A stretch of DNA of 63,805 nucleotides from Hausera hauseri (taxonomy: Eukaryota): assembly GCA_046269625.1 (NCBI GenBank), contig JBJURY010000012.1, positions 196-64,000 of the forward strand, written 5' to 3'. The position numbers and the translations under genes were made by a program. How positions within the stretch are numbered: the first letter of the stretch is position 1; the number at the start of each line of letters is the position of its first letter. Under the pieces are notes generated by a model. The model ran no database searches. It had not been told where the DNA came from and saw only the letters and a program-made list of their open reading frames with translations. Shown one piece after another: positions 31,875 through 43,459 of the stretch.

Positions 31875-32902
31875 ATTCTTTTAAATATATTAATTAGTTT
31901 AGTATTTTCTAGTTTATTACCAATCGTTATTCTTAATAATATATCTTTTATAATCTTTATAATTATTTTATTATTATATAATATTTTATAAATTTCAGTA
32001 GGATTCTTTGTTTTTATTATATAAAAATTACATTTACTTTTATATATTTTAATTTTTTTCTTTATAAAAAACTTATATAATATTTTTCTTTCTTTAATAA
32101 TTTTGTTTATTATTAATATGATTTTTTTTTTATATTTATTTAAGTTTTTTATAATATTAATATTTAATATACTTATATTGAATGGAGGTTTACACTTATC
32201 AATGTAATTAATAATCTTTTTATTTCCTATTAAATAACCGAATCTAATACCCGCAAAACCAATCTTTGATAGTGTTCTTATTATAATCACATTAGGACAT
32301 TTAAGTATATAATTAATATAACTAAATTTTGAGTAGTAATAATATGTTTCATCTATTATAAATAGACATTTCGGATATTTTAGTATCTTTTTTATTAATT
32401 TATTATTTAATAGATTCCCAGTTGGGTTGTTTGGATTACATATAAAGAATATACTTAAGGATTTTATATTATTTTTTATTTTGTTTATTATTTTATTATC
32501 AATATTAAATTTTTTATTTAAAATAAAAGGAATTTTTTTTTTATTATAAGTTATACAATATCTTTCATACATACTAAAGCTCGGTTTAAAATATCCAATT
32601 CTTTTTTTTGATAATAATATTAATATTAATATTAATTCATCAGCACCATTACCAAACGTAAGCTTTAGTTTTTTATTTATTTTATCAAACTTATATATTG
32701 ATTTCTTTGCATAATCTAAATCTTTTTCAGATGGATATTTATTAATTAGTATTACTTTATTTAATAAATTAATTTTTATATTATATGATATTTCCATAAT
32801 ATCTAACTTTATATATCTATTATTAAATAGATTTTTTATATATTTTAAAATAGATACATTATTAAAAAAATAATTACTTATATCAAACTTTTGTAATGCC
32901 AT
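31871..32902 (-). CDS. hisC: Histidinol-phosphate aminotransferase
   Basis: GNGADELI, PNNPTG, IDETY, RTLSK.GFAGIRFGY; start uncertain. Confidence 0.93.
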   Translation of the reverse strand: MALQKFDISNYFFNNVSILKYIKNLFNNRYIKLDIMEISYNIKINLLNKVILINKYPSEKDLDYAKKSIYKFDKINKKLKLTFGNGADELILILILLSKKRIGYFKPSFSMYERYCITYNKKKIPFILNKKFNIDNKIINKIKNNIKSLSIFFICNPNNPTGNLLNNKLIKKILKYPKCLFIIDETYYYYSKFSYINYILKCPNVIIIRTLSKIGFAGIRFGYLIGNKKIINYIDKCKPPFNISILNINIIKNLNKYKKKIILIINKIIKERKILYKFFIKKKIKIYKSKCNFYIIKTKNPTEIYKILYNNKIIIKIIKDILLRITIGNKLENTKLINIFKRI

Positions 32903-32945
32903 TTTAGTTTTTCTATCTTAGCCATATTTTTAGTTAATACTTTTA

Positions 32946-32979
<34 letters not shown>

Positions 32980-34119
32980 TTTAATAATATTTGACCATTT
33001 TATATAATCATATATACTAAGAGGAGATGAAAATCTTGCTGTAAAATTAGTAGGTAATACATGATTTATTCCTGCTGAATAATCTCCAAAAGTTTCTTTT
33101 GAGGACTTACCTAGAAAAATTGTTCCATAGTTCTTTAAGTGTTTTAAATATTTAAATGGTTTTTTTAATATTAATTCTAAATGCTCAGGAGATATTGTAT
33201 TCGATACTTTTATAGCCTGTTTTATATTCTTTACAATAATAAATACAATATTTTTTATAGATCTTTTTAAGATTTTATTATTTAATTTTATTTTATTAAG
33301 ATAATTTTTTAGTTCTTTTATATACTCTATATTATTACAACAAATATATCCTATTGAATTCTGATCATGTTCTAATTGCGCTAATATATCTTTAGATATA
33401 TTTTTTTTACTACAATATTTATCACAAATTATTAGTATTTCAGTTGGACCTGCAATAGAATCAATACCTATTTTTCCAAATAGAATTCTTTTTGATTTAC
33501 TTACATATATATTTCCTGGTCCAACTATTTTATCTACTTTATTAACATATTTTGTACCATAAGCTAACGCTGCAATAGCTTGTACTCCTCCAATATTATA
33601 TATTTTATTTATATTAAGCAGTTTTGCTGAAAAGAAAAGAGGTAAGTTTTTATTATTATTTACTGCAGGTGTAGATATAACTAGAGTATTTACTTTTGCT
33701 ATTCTAGCAGGTATTCCACACATTAATACAGAAGATGGATAAATAGTATTTCCACCAGGGATATACATCCCGACTTTTTTTATCGGAGTATATTTTTGCC
33801 CCAATATATCAAAATATTTATCTTTATAATAGAAACATCTAATATTTTTTTTTTGTATTCTATGAAACTTATATATTCTATTATAACATTCTAATATAGT
33901 GTTTTTTACTTTTATATTTATCTTTTTAAAATTAAAATTTTTTATGATTATATTTTTTTTATTTAGATTTCTATTTTCAAATTTCTTTGTCCATTTAAAT
34001 ACTGCTTTATCCTTATTTTTTTTAATATCTTTTATAATATTTAATATATTTTTTAAGTTATATTTTTTTTTATTATTTAATATACTTTTTATATCTTTTA
34101 TATTATATATTATTTTCAT
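32878..34119 (-). CDS. hisD: Histidinol dehydrogenase
   Basis: YIPGG, GGVQAIAALAYGT, IVGPGN, AGPTE, GDYSAGINHVLPT. Confidence 0.97.
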
Positions 34120-34700
34120 TATATTAAAAAATATTTAATTAAGATTATTACTTTTTTTAGTTTTTTTGTTTTTTTATTAAAAATTAAAATAGGATTTATA
34201 TTATTTATTATTATTTTTTTTTCATATAAATTATTTTTTAATATCGTTTTCCCAGAACATACTATATCAAATATATTATTAAATTTTTCCAATAATAATC
34301 CTACTTCTAATGTCCCATGTAAATATATTATATTTTTATACTTTGGTATTTTATTTTTTAAAATATTTATATATTTAGTCGCAATAATATTACTATCACT
34401 ATTACTTTTTCTACTAATAATAGACAATCTACATCTAAAATCATATAAATCTATATATTTATATATGGAGGAATCATATGATTCCTCCATATATATATCT
34501 TTACCAATGATAGCAATATCATTAATATTATTTTTTATATAATATAATATATCATATACTTTAATCGGTATTATTTTTATAGAATATATTATAGTATTTA
34601 TTATTATTTTTCTATCAATATCTTTATTTATTAACCCTCTAGATACTATTTTTTTTTTTATTATATTAAATATTCTTCCTTTAGCAATAAATATATTCAT
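34119..34700 (-). CDS. hisG: ATP phosphoribosyltransferase, short form
   Basis: AKGRI, IIGKD, IATKY, LHGTLE, DIVCSGKT; 193 aa. Confidence 0.92.
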   Translation of the reverse strand: MNIFIAKGRIFNIIKKKIVSRGLINKDIDRKIIINTIIYSIKIIPIKVYDILYYIKNNINDIAIIGKDIYMEESYDSSIYKYIDLYDFRCRLSIISRKSNSDSNIIATKYINILKNKIPKYKNIIYLHGTLEVGLLLEKFNNIFDIVCSGKTILKNNLYEKKIIINNINPILIFNKKTKKLKKVIILIKYFLI

Positions 34701-34704
34701 ATTA

Positions 34705-34777
34705 AATAACTAACAAGATTCGAACTTGTAACATCTAATTCGTATTTAGAAAACTTTTTCCATTAAGCTATAGTTAT
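34705..34777 (-). tRNA. tRNA-Arg(ACG)
   Basis: TCTAA-AT ACG AA-TTAGA; ACAAG TTCGAAT CTTGT. Confidence 0.87.
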
Positions 34778-34784
34778 TTAGCTA

Positions 34785-34875
34785 GAAGATATGACAGAGA
34801 GGTTTAATGTATTTGACTTGAATTCAAACATTGATTTTTTTTTTTCAATCATAGGTTCAAATCCTATTATCTTTT
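34785..34875 (+). tRNA. tRNA-Ser(UGA)
   Basis: TTTGA-CT TGA AT-TCAAA; long variable arm TTGA-polyT-TCAA. Confidence 0.87.
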
Positions 34876-34952
34876 GCTCGAGTGGTGAAAAAATGGTAGA
34901 CACGAAAGACTCAAAACTTTTTTATTTGTTGGTTCAATCCCGACCTTGAGTA
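34876..34952 (+). tRNA. tRNA-Leu(CAA), short variable region
   Basis: GCTCGAG TG GTG...GGTAGA CAC Leu-type D arm; CT CAA AA loop; A73. Confidence 0.8.
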
Positions 34953-36019
34953 TCGAGAATTATCTCGATAAATAAACAAATTAAATTATTATAATCATAT
35001 AATAAATTATTATAATATATTGATTCTTTTAATATTTTTTTCCTTATATAAAATAATTTAGTTAAAGAATATTTTTTAGTTAGTGTATTAAATTTATTTA
35101 TATTATTATAAATATAATATTTTATTGAATATTTCTTAAAACACTTTAAAAATATTATCTTATTTAGATAATATAATAAATCATCTACTATATTTTTTAT
35201 TAGATATTTTCTTTTTAATATATTTATTAATTTAAATATCTTTTTTATTCTATTATTTATAAAATACATAAATAAATTAAAGAAATAATTATCATCTACT
35301 TTATTAAGTAATATATTTATATATTTTATATTTATATTGTTATTTGATATAGATCTAGCAGATTCTAGAATATTTATAGAATCTCTTATACTACCTAATG
35401 AGTTTTCTGCTATTAAATATAAGGAATTATTATTATATTTTATATTTTCATTTTTGCTTATTAATTTTAAATTATTATAAATACCTTTTATTGTTATATT
35501 TCTAAAATTAAATAATATACATCTAGATATTATTGGAGAAGGTATTTTATTTAACTTAGTAGTTATTAAAAAAAAAATAATATATTTATAAGGATTTTCC
35601 AATATATGGAGTAATGAATTTATAGCTTGTTTGGAAAGCATATGTGCTTCATCTATACAAAATATTTTATATTTTCCAAAGGTAGGATAATATCTAGTTG
35701 ATTTTATTATTTTTTTTATATCTTTTACTTTTCTATTAAGACTTGCATTAATTTCTAAATAATCAAAATAACTTTTCGAGTTAAAATACAAACAATTTTT
35801 ACATTTATTACAAAAATTTATTCCTTTAGCTTGAAAACAATTTAATAATTTTGAATATAATCTAGAAAAACTAGTTTTTCCAACTCCTTTATTCCCATAT
35901 AATATATATGAAACAGGGATATTATTATTTATTATAAAATATTTAATAGACCTTATTAAATGTTTTTGTTCAATAAAATCTTTAAAAGTTTTGGGTTTGT
36001 ATTTATTATATATATTCAT
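34934..36019 (-). CDS. dnaX: DNA polymerase III subunit gamma/tau (gamma-length)
   Basis: KYKPKTF, GVGKT, C..C..C, IDEAHMLS, SRC, GSIRD. Confidence 0.95.
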   Translation of the reverse strand: MNIYNKYKPKTFKDFIEQKHLIRSIKYFIINNNIPVSYILYGNKGVGKTSFSRLYSKLLNCFQAKGINFCNKCKNCLYFNSKSYFDYLEINASLNRKVKDIKKIIKSTRYYPTFGKYKIFCIDEAHMLSKQAINSLLHILENPYKYIIFFLITTKLNKIPSPIISRCILFNFRNITIKGIYNNLKLISKNENIKYNNNSLYLIAENSLGSIRDSINILESARSISNNNINIKYINILLNKVDDNYFFNLFMYFINNRIKKIFKLINILKRKYLIKNIVDDLLYYLNKIIFLKCFKKYSIKYYIYNNINKFNTLTKKYSLTKLFYIRKKILKESIYYNNLLYDYNNLICLFIEIILDTQGRD

Positions 36020-36548
36020 ATATTTTTTTCTTATATTGTAATAATAATTTTATATTGCATTTATATTTATATTTATTTATATAACAATCTATTTTTTTTA
36101 AAATATTATTAATGGTTTTAATATTATTAATGGTTTTAATATTATATCTTATATTTAGATTATTTTTTATACTAAAAGGAAAGAATGAATATCTTAATAA
36201 AGGTTCTTTATAACATTTATTTATTATAAAATTACATAATAATTTTCTAGAATATTTATTTATATTAAAAGTAAATATAAAAATCTTTATTTTTCCAATA
36301 TATTTATATAAATTATCTAAGTGATTCTCATAGTAGTATTCTATTATAATTATATTATTATATATATTAATAAAAGAAGATATATTTATTTTTTTTATAG
36401 TTGATATTATAAATATCTTTGAATATATTTCTTTAATAATCTTATTAATTTTCTTATTATTATTTATAATAATAAAATTATTATTATATAATAATAATTT
36501 TATTATTATATTTTTTAAACAATGGATACATCTATATAATATATTCAT
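36006..36548 (-). CDS. Highly divergent protein, possibly a DNA polymerase III delta-prime (HolB) remnant
   Basis: N-terminal CxxC, KIFII segment, coupled to dnaX; weak. Confidence 0.3.
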   Translation of the reverse strand: MNILYRCIHCLKNIIIKLLLYNNNFIIINNNKKINKIIKEIYSKIFIISTIKKINISSFINIYNNIIIIEYYYENHLDNLYKYIGKIKIFIFTFNINKYSRKLLCNFIINKCYKEPLLRYSFFPFSIKNNLNIRYNIKTINNIKTINNILKKIDCYINKYKYKCNIKLLLQYKKKIYEYI

Positions 36549-36621
36549 TAGGTGATGGAAGAATTGAACTTACGACATTTGCTTTGTAAAAACAATACTC
36601 TAACCACTGAGTTAAACACCT
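36549..36621 (-). tRNA. tRNA-Val(UAC)
   Basis: TTGTT-TT TAC AA-AGCAA; ACTC AGTGGTTA GAGT D arm. Confidence 0.88.
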
Positions 36622-37790
36622 CCCTTACACATTACTTTTGGTAATGTTTTCATCTTAATACTTTTTTTAGTAACTATTATCTTTATTTTTCTATTTATAC
36701 TAGGTAATTTATACATAATATTATTAAAATATCTATCAAATATATATTTTAATCCTCTAGCACCTAGTCTTAATCTATATGCTACCTTTGCTGTATAACT
36801 AATAGCTCTTCTTTCTATTTTTAATTTTATATTATCATAACTTAATAATTTTTTATATTGCCTTATTAATGAATTTCTAGGTTTATATAGAATTTTTTTT
36901 AAATTATTAATACTTAGTATATCTAAAACTGTTATTATTGATATTCTACCAACAAATTCAGGTATAAGACCGAACTTAATTAAGTCTTTAGGATGTATTA
37001 AATTATATTCTATCTTTTTAAGTTTTATAAATCCTAAATTATAGGATTCTAAGCTTTTAAATAATCCATTAAATGCTCCTCCTAATATAAATAATATATT
37101 TGTTGTATCTACTTGTAAATATTCTTGTCCTGGATATTTTCTCCCCCCTTTAGGGGGGATATTAGCAACTGTTCCTTCTATTATTTTCAATAGACCTTGT
37201 TGTACACCTTCACCAGAAACATCTCTTGTAGAAGAATAACCATCAGTTTTTTTTGCTATTTTATCTATTTCATCTATATAAATAATCCCTCTTTGAGCTT
37301 TAGTAATATCAAAATCACAACTTTGTAATAATCTATATATTATATTTTCAACATCTTCGCCTACATATCCCGCTTCAGTTAATGAAGTTGCATCTGATAT
37401 ACAAAAGGGTACTTTTAAAATTCTAGATAATGTTTTAGCTAATAATGTTTTTCCTGTTCCTGTTTGCCCTATCATTAATATATTACTTTTATCAATCCGG
37501 ATTCTATTATTTAATAGTTCTATTCTTTTATAATGATTATAAACGGAAACTGCCAATATTTTTTTTGTTTCCTTTTGTCCTATTATATATTTATCTAATT
37601 CGATTTTTAATTGTATAGGTGTTGGTAATCTATTATTTTTTATTTTATTATTCCTTAATTCAATATCTTCATTAATTATTTTATTACATAAATTAATACA
37701 AAAGTCACATATTAAAACTTTATATCCAATCACTATTTTGTTACTTTCTAATTTATTTTTACCACAAAAAGAACAAATAAATTTTATCAT
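36612..37790 (-). CDS. clpX: ATP-dependent Clp protease ATPase ClpX
   Basis: CSFCGK, KSNIL.IG.TG.GKT, EAGYVGEDVE, RDVSGEGVQQ. Confidence 0.98.
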   Translation of the reverse strand: MIKFICSFCGKNKLESNKIVIGYKVLICDFCINLCNKIINEDIELRNNKIKNNRLPTPIQLKIELDKYIIGQKETKKILAVSVYNHYKRIELLNNRIRIDKSNILMIGQTGTGKTLLAKTLSRILKVPFCISDATSLTEAGYVGEDVENIIYRLLQSCDFDITKAQRGIIYIDEIDKIAKKTDGYSSTRDVSGEGVQQGLLKIIEGTVANIPPKGGRKYPGQEYLQVDTTNILFILGGAFNGLFKSLESYNLGFIKLKKIEYNLIHPKDLIKFGLIPEFVGRISIITVLDILSINNLKKILYKPRNSLIRQYKKLLSYDNIKLKIERRAISYTAKVAYRLRLGARGLKYIFDRYFNNIMYKLPSINRKIKIIVTKKSIKMKTLPKVMCKGGV

Positions 37791-37792
37791 TA

Positions 37793-38347
37793 TTATATTA
37801 TTTTATCAATAATACCATATTTTATAGCTTTTTTAGCAGACATAAATTTATCTCTTTCAATATCTTTATAAATCCTTTTATATTTTTTTCCAGTTAACTT
37901 AGATAATATTTTTATAATCTTTCTTTTATTATGGAGGATTTCATTAGTATATATCTTCATATCTGAAGCCTGTCCTTCATATCCTCCTAGAGGTTGGTGA
38001 ATCATTATTCTTGAATTTTTTAATGCATACCTTTTACCTTTTTCTCCTGATGCTAATAGAAATGCACCCATACTAGATGCAGAACCTAAACATATAGTAC
38101 ATACATTTGGTTTAATAAATTTTATAGTATCGTATATTGCTAATCCTTCAGTTATTACTCCTCCTGGACTATTAATATATATTGTTATATCTTTATATTT
38201 ATCTATGCTTTCTAAATATAATAATTGAGATATTATTAAACTAGATAAATTATTATTAATAACCCCCCATATAAATATTATTCTTTCTTTTAATAATCTT
38301 GAAAAAATATCAATTGAGTAATTATTTTCAGTAACTATAGGAATCAT
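37793..38347 (-). CDS. clpP: Clp protease proteolytic subunit
   Basis: DIFSRLLKERIIF, YINSPGG, ASSMGAFLL, MIHQP. Confidence 0.98.
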   Translation of the reverse strand: MIPIVTENNYSIDIFSRLLKERIIFIWGVINNNLSSLIISQLLYLESIDKYKDITIYINSPGGVITEGLAIYDTIKFIKPNVCTICLGSASSMGAFLLASGEKGKRYALKNSRIMIHQPLGGYEGQASDMKIYTNEILHNKRKIIKILSKLTGKKYKRIYKDIERDKFMSAKKAIKYGIIDKII

Positions 38348-41300
38348 AAATTATATATATTTAAGTTATATAAGTTTTTAATACTTAATATAATTGATTT
38401 AATTGAACTTAAAGTAGTATAAATTGGTATATTATAATCCTTTAATAATATTCTGATTTTTTTTAATATATAGTTATTTATGGAGTCAGGATATATCAAA
38501 GCATATAATATTTTATTATAAAAAATTATTCTATTAATATCTTTTATACTTACAAACAATATATTTTTATAAAATATATTGTTTAAATTATTATATAAAT
38601 ATATATAGAGGTTATTATATAAGTAATATAATATATTATCCATTAATATATTATATTTATAAGATATTAATATAATAGTATTTTTATAATAAAATTTATA
38701 TTCTAGAGATAGTTGAGTCTTAATATAAGCAATATATTTTTTTTTGGAAATATTCATAACCTCTCCTGTAGATTTCATTTCAGGACCTAGAATAGTATCA
38801 CAATTATTAAACTTGATAAAAGAAAAACTTGATTCTTTAAAACCAAATAATTTCCTTTTTATAATAATTTTATTAATATACCTTTTAATTTTATTATAAC
38901 TAACCTTTAATGATAACTTAACTAAACTAATCTTAAAATATTTTGTTAAAAAAGGTATTGTTCTAGAAGCTCTTAAATTCATTTCAATAATATATATAGA
39001 ACTATTTTTTATTAATAATTGTAAATTAAAAATACCTATTATATTAAATACTTTTGATATCTTATATATAATTTTTGATATTTTTATATAATGTTTTTTG
39101 AAATAAAATGAAGTTGAAATAAAACTAGAAGAATCACCAGAATGAATACCCGCAGGTTCAATATGTTGACTTATAAAAGTAATATATACATTATTGCTAT
39201 TAGTTATGACATCTAAATCAAACTCTATAGATTTATTTATAAATTCATCTATTAATATTGGATATGTTATAGAATTATTACTAATAGAAGATATAATATT
39301 TTTGTATTCAGAATATTTTCTTATAATCCTCATATTCCCTCCTCCTAATACATAAGAGGGTCTTATTATAATTGGTAAACTAATATTTTTTATTAATCTA
39401 AACAATTCATTATTATTATTTACTACAACATTAACTGGAGTTTTTATCATTAATTTCTCTAATATTTGACTAAATCTTTTTCTATCTTCTGAGATATTAA
39501 TGATATCAAGAACACTTCCTAATATATTAATATTTTTAATTTTATTAAGTTCATTTAATAGTTTTAATGTAATCTGTCCAGAATATTGAATAATAATATT
39601 TTTTGGTATTTCTAATCTATAAATATTTATAATTTCTTCTATATTAATTGGGACTAGATATAACTTATTAGATATATTATAATCAGTAGATATTGTTACG
39701 GGATTGCAATTAATTATTATTGATTTCCCTTTATGTTTTTTAATAAAAAGAGTAGCATGAGTACAACAATAGTCAAATTCCATTCCTTGTCCTATTCTAT
39801 TTGGACCACTACCTATTATAATACTATTATTTTCTCTTAATCTAAAGGATTCATTAAAATTATAATAGTTAGAATATAAATAATTTATATTACTATTAAA
39901 TTCACCTGAACAACCATCTATCTTAAAATAACTTGGATATATATTATAAAAACATCTTATCTTAAATAATTCTATTATTGAAATCTTTAATATATCAGAA
40001 ATAAAAGTATCTAAAAATCCTTGTTTTTTTATAATTATAATAAAGTTTTTATTATTTATTTTATTTCTAAATTTTAATAATTCATTTCCCTGTTCTATTA
40101 ATTTATTAATTTTATTTAAAAACCAAAAATTTATATTGGATTTATTAACAATATATGTTACATTAATCCCGCTTCTGAATGTATCATAAACATTATTAAT
40201 TCTATTAGAATGCCCATATTTAATTCTTTTTAAAAAATTATATTTGTCAAATAAATTACTTTTTATTCCTGGTGAATTAGTTTTTAATCCACCGGTTGAC
40301 TTTAACAAAGATTCCCTAAAATTTCCTCCTATTCCCATTGATTCACCAATAGATTTCATTTGTATATCTAGATTGATAAATCTATTATTAAAGAATTTAT
40401 TGTTTGAAAATTTAGGTACTTTTGTTACAATGTAATCCACCGCAGGTTCATAACCTGCGGTGGAATCATTAATTTTATTATATATATTTAATATATTTAT
40501 TCCAATGGATAATTGTGTAGAAACTCTTGCTATAGGATAGCCGGTAATTTTAGATGCTAATGCAGATGATCTAGAAACCCTTGAATTTATTTCAATAATA
40601 TAAAAATTATTATTATATTGATTAATAGCAAACTGTATATTTACTGCTGAATTATTTATTTCTAATATATCAACTATTTTAAAACAAACCTTTCTTAGCT
40701 TTTGATATTCATTATTTGTTAAAGATATAGAAGGACATATACATATTGAATCTCCTGTATGTATTCCTACTGGATCAATATTTTCTATAATACAAATTAA
40801 TAGTTTATTTTTATTATTTTTTATTATCTCAAATTCGAATTCTTTATACCCGTAAATAGATTGTTCAATAATTATTTCATTTATTTTCGATAATCTTAAT
40901 CCTAATTTTACAGTATTTATAAAATCCTTTATATTACTTACAGTTCCTCCTCCTAATCCCCCAAGGGTATAGGAGGGTCTTATATTTAATTGATTAATAT
41001 TTCTTTTAATAAATTTTCTTCTTATTTTTAAAGCATTAAATAAATTATTAGATGGAAAAGCTAATACTATAGGAAATTTACCTGTAATTATTTTATTAAA
41101 TCTACTTCTACTCTCTGAATTTATTATCGAATTTATTTTAGTACCTATTATTTTTATATTGTACTTTTCTATTATTTTATTTTCATATAATTCTAATATT
41201 AAATTTAATGAAGTTTGACCTCCCATATTAGATACAATAAAATTTGGTTTCTCTTTCTTTATAATTAAACACACACTAATAAAATTTATAGGTTCAATAT

Positions 41301-41475
41301 ATACTTTACATCCCAAATATCTATCAGTCATTAATGTAGCTGGATTACTATTTATAATAATAACTTTATATTTATTTTCTATTAATAATTTACTAGCTTG
41401 AACTCCTGAATAGTCGAATTCACATCCTTGTCCTATTAATATAGGACCTGAACCTATTAAAATTATTTTATTCAT
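38344..41475 (-). CDS. carB: Carbamoyl-phosphate synthase large chain
   Basis: GSGPILIGQGCEFDYSG, RPSYTLGG, GSGPNRIGQG.EFDY, LGPEMKSTGEVM. Confidence 0.97.
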   Translation of the reverse strand: MNKIILIGSGPILIGQGCEFDYSGVQASKLLIENKYKVIIINSNPATLMTDRYLGCKVYIEPINFISVCLIIKKEKPNFIVSNMGGQTSLNLILELYENKIIEKYNIKIIGTKINSIINSESRSRFNKIITGKFPIVLAFPSNNLFNALKIRRKFIKRNINQLNIRPSYTLGGLGGGTVSNIKDFINTVKLGLRLSKINEIIIEQSIYGYKEFEFEIIKNNKNKLLICIIENIDPVGIHTGDSICICPSISLTNNEYQKLRKVCFKIVDILEINNSAVNIQFAINQYNNNFYIIEINSRVSRSSALASKITGYPIARVSTQLSIGINILNIYNKINDSTAGYEPAVDYIVTKVPKFSNNKFFNNRFINLDIQMKSIGESMGIGGNFRESLLKSTGGLKTNSPGIKSNLFDKYNFLKRIKYGHSNRINNVYDTFRSGINVTYIVNKSNINFWFLNKINKLIEQGNELLKFRNKINNKNFIIIIKKQGFLDTFISDILKISIIELFKIRCFYNIYPSYFKIDGCSGEFNSNINYLYSNYYNFNESFRLRENNSIIIGSGPNRIGQGMEFDYCCTHATLFIKKHKGKSIIINCNPVTISTDYNISNKLYLVPINIEEIINIYRLEIPKNIIIQYSGQITLKLLNELNKIKNINILGSVLDIINISEDRKRFSQILEKLMIKTPVNVVVNNNNELFRLIKNISLPIIIRPSYVLGGGNMRIIRKYSEYKNIISSISNNSITYPILIDEFINKSIEFDLDVITNSNNVYITFISQHIEPAGIHSGDSSSFISTSFYFKKHYIKISKIIYKISKVFNIIGIFNLQLLIKNSSIYIIEMNLRASRTIPFLTKYFKISLVKLSLKVSYNKIKRYINKIIIKRKLFGFKESSFSFIKFNNCDTILGPEMKSTGEVMNISKKKYIAYIKTQLSLEYKFYYKNTIILISYKYNILMDNILYYLYNNLYIYLYNNLNNIFYKNILFVSIKDINRIIFYNKILYALIYPDSINNYILKKIRILLKDYNIPIYTTLSSIKSIILSIKNLYNLNIYNL

Positions 41476-42520
41476 TAAATAAATTAAGAAAATTCCTAAA
41501 TATATTTATATTACTAGGTCCAGGCCCTCCTTCAGGATGTCCTTGCATACTTATAATAAAAGTATTATAATTAATATATCCTTGAATAGAATTATCAAAC
41601 TTAGAGTAAATAAACCTTTTATTATTTCCAATTACTTTATAATCGTGATTCTGAGAAGATATATAAATATTATTGTTATATATTATCGGATGATTAATAC
41701 CATGATGTCCAATACCCATTTCTTTTATTTTATAACCTAAAAAATTTAATATTATCTGATGACCTAAACAAATTCCTAATATAGGAATTTGTTTATAATA
41801 TTTAAAAAATATATTTTTTAGATAATTATAATTTCTGGGATCTCCAGGTCCACTGGAGAATAATAATGCAAAAATATTATAAAAAACATTATTAATAAAA
41901 TAATAAGAATTAGTTATTATTAAAAAATAGCTTTTAGATAATTTTCTTAATATATTAAACTTTAAACCTAAATCCAATACTAATATTTTTTTTATAAACT
42001 TAATATTATAAAAATAATTTAAATAATCTGTTTTATTCCATAAATAAATATTATTATTTTTTATTACAATATTTTTATTACTAGGGATACAATTAGATAA
42101 ATTGAATTTATTATAATATATGGATATTTTATTCCTTATTTTTATATTATATACTATACCTCTTATATCAATATTATAAATAACCGAAAAATTATTTACC
42201 TTAATAAACCTAAAAAAATTTATTTTACACCTACAATTTGATGAAAAGAAAGTTATATTTCTAACAAGTAATATACTTAACCATATCCTATCCGATTCTG
42301 AATCAAAAAAGTTAATACCTGTATTACCAATATAAGGAGTTGTCAATACAACAATCTTATTTAAATAACTAGGATCCGTAATAACTTCCTCATATCCTAT
42401 ATTAGATGTATTAAATATAATATTACCTGAAAAATTTTTATTAATTCCAAAATAATCCCCTTTGAATATTATATTTTTATCAAATATTAAAAATACTTTT
42501 TTTCTTTTTTTAAAATACAT
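41468..42520 (-). CDS. carA: Carbamoyl-phosphate synthase small chain
   Basis: GYEEVITDPSY, SGPGDP, GICLGHQ, GHHGINHP, QGHPE. Confidence 0.97.
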   Translation of the reverse strand: MYFKKRKKVFLIFDKNIIFKGDYFGINKNFSGNIIFNTSNIGYEEVITDPSYLNKIVVLTTPYIGNTGINFFDSESDRIWLSILLVRNITFFSSNCRCKINFFRFIKVNNFSVIYNIDIRGIVYNIKIRNKISIYYNKFNLSNCIPSNKNIVIKNNNIYLWNKTDYLNYFYNIKFIKKILVLDLGLKFNILRKLSKSYFLIITNSYYFINNVFYNIFALLFSSGPGDPRNYNYLKNIFFKYYKQIPILGICLGHQIILNFLGYKIKEMGIGHHGINHPIIYNNNIYISSQNHDYKVIGNNKRFIYSKFDNSIQGYINYNTFIISMQGHPEGGPGPSNINIFRNFLNLFNE

Positions 42521-43182
42521 TGATAAGGATTATTTCGTTAGATACAGAAACTACTGGATTATCAGTAAGAAACGGTGATAGAATAATAGAAATAGGATGT
42601 GTAGAAATTATAAATAATGAAATAAAAAATAAATACCAGAGATATTTTAAGGTAAATAAAAGGATTTCTTATAGCGCTTATAAGGTACATGGTATAAATA
42701 ATTATTTTTTAAAAGATAAAAAAATATTTAGATATTATTACAAAGACATTATCAACTTTATTAAAAACTCTACTATTATATCCCATAATGCTAGCTTTGA
42801 TATAAAGTTTCTAAAAAATGAATTTAATATTATTAATAAGAATTTCCCAAATAATAAATTTATTGATACATTAGAACTAGCAAGAAAAAAATTTCCAGGA
42901 AAAAAAAATAATTTAAGATCATTATTAAAAAGATTTAATATAAAAGATACTAGAAAACAACATAGTGCTATAAATGATGCATTAAATCTTGCAAAAGTAT
43001 TTATATTAATGAATATAAAAAAAAATAAAATAAGTAATAATAATAATAATAATAATATAAAGAATACAAATAAAATAAAAGATCTTATAAAAGTAAAGAA
43101 TAGATCCCATAAAATAATTATGCTTAGTAATAAGTATATAAGTATAGATAAAAAATTTATAGAAAAAGTAGAAATATCTTAA
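42520..43182 (+). CDS. dnaQ: DNA polymerase III epsilon (proofreading exonuclease)
   Basis: LDTETTG, HNASFD, DTL, HSAINDA; TTG start. Confidence 0.95.
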   Translation: MIRIISLDTETTGLSVRNGDRIIEIGCVEIINNEIKNKYQRYFKVNKRISYSAYKVHGINNYFLKDKKIFRYYYKDIINFIKNSTIISHNASFDIKFLKNEFNIINKNFPNNKFIDTLELARKKFPGKKNNLRSLLKRFNIKDTRKQHSAINDALNLAKVFILMNIKKNKISNNNNNNNIKNTNKIKDLIKVKNRSHKIIMLSNKYISIDKKFIEKVEIS

Positions 43183-43238
43183 TGGTAAAGTATAATCTTG
43201 CCAAGATTATAATATGAGTTCAATCCTCATTTTTTACT
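43168..43238 (+). tRNA. tRNA-Gly(GCC)
   Basis: TAATC-TT GCC AA-GATTA; U73. Confidence 0.9.
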
Positions 43239-43308
43239 AGTAGGATAATATAAAGAAATATTTTAGTTTGCAAAACTAAATATATCGGTTCAAATCCGAT
43301 TCTTACTT
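43239..43308 (+). tRNA. tRNA-Cys(GCA)
   Basis: TTAGT-TT GCA AA-ACTAA; U73. Confidence 0.9.
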
Positions 43309-43309
43309 A

Positions 43310-43447
43310 TTAAAATTTAGAATATATTTTTCTAGTATAATGTAATACTGTTATAATATTATTTTTATTAAATATAGGTATATTAATAGTTTTTATATAT
43401 TTTTTATTTCTTTTAGAGTATGTTTTCCTTTTTTTTTGAACACCCAT
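43310..43447 (-). CDS. rpmF: 50S ribosomal protein L32 (45 aa; not in ORF track)
   Basis: Manual translation MGVQKKRKTYSKRNKK...VLHY matches the MAVQ..K.S.SKR pattern. Confidence 0.8.
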   Translation of the reverse strand: MGVQKKRKTYSKRNKKYIKTINIPIFNKNNIITVLHYTRKIYSKF

Positions 43448-43459
43448 AATATTATTATA

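Noticed and set aside
34900-34925. Reading tRNA 34876-34952 as a UCA (opal or Sec) tRNA
   Set aside because: It would need non-canonical A32/C33; the D arm and A73 are Leu-type and CU-CAA-AA is the canonical register
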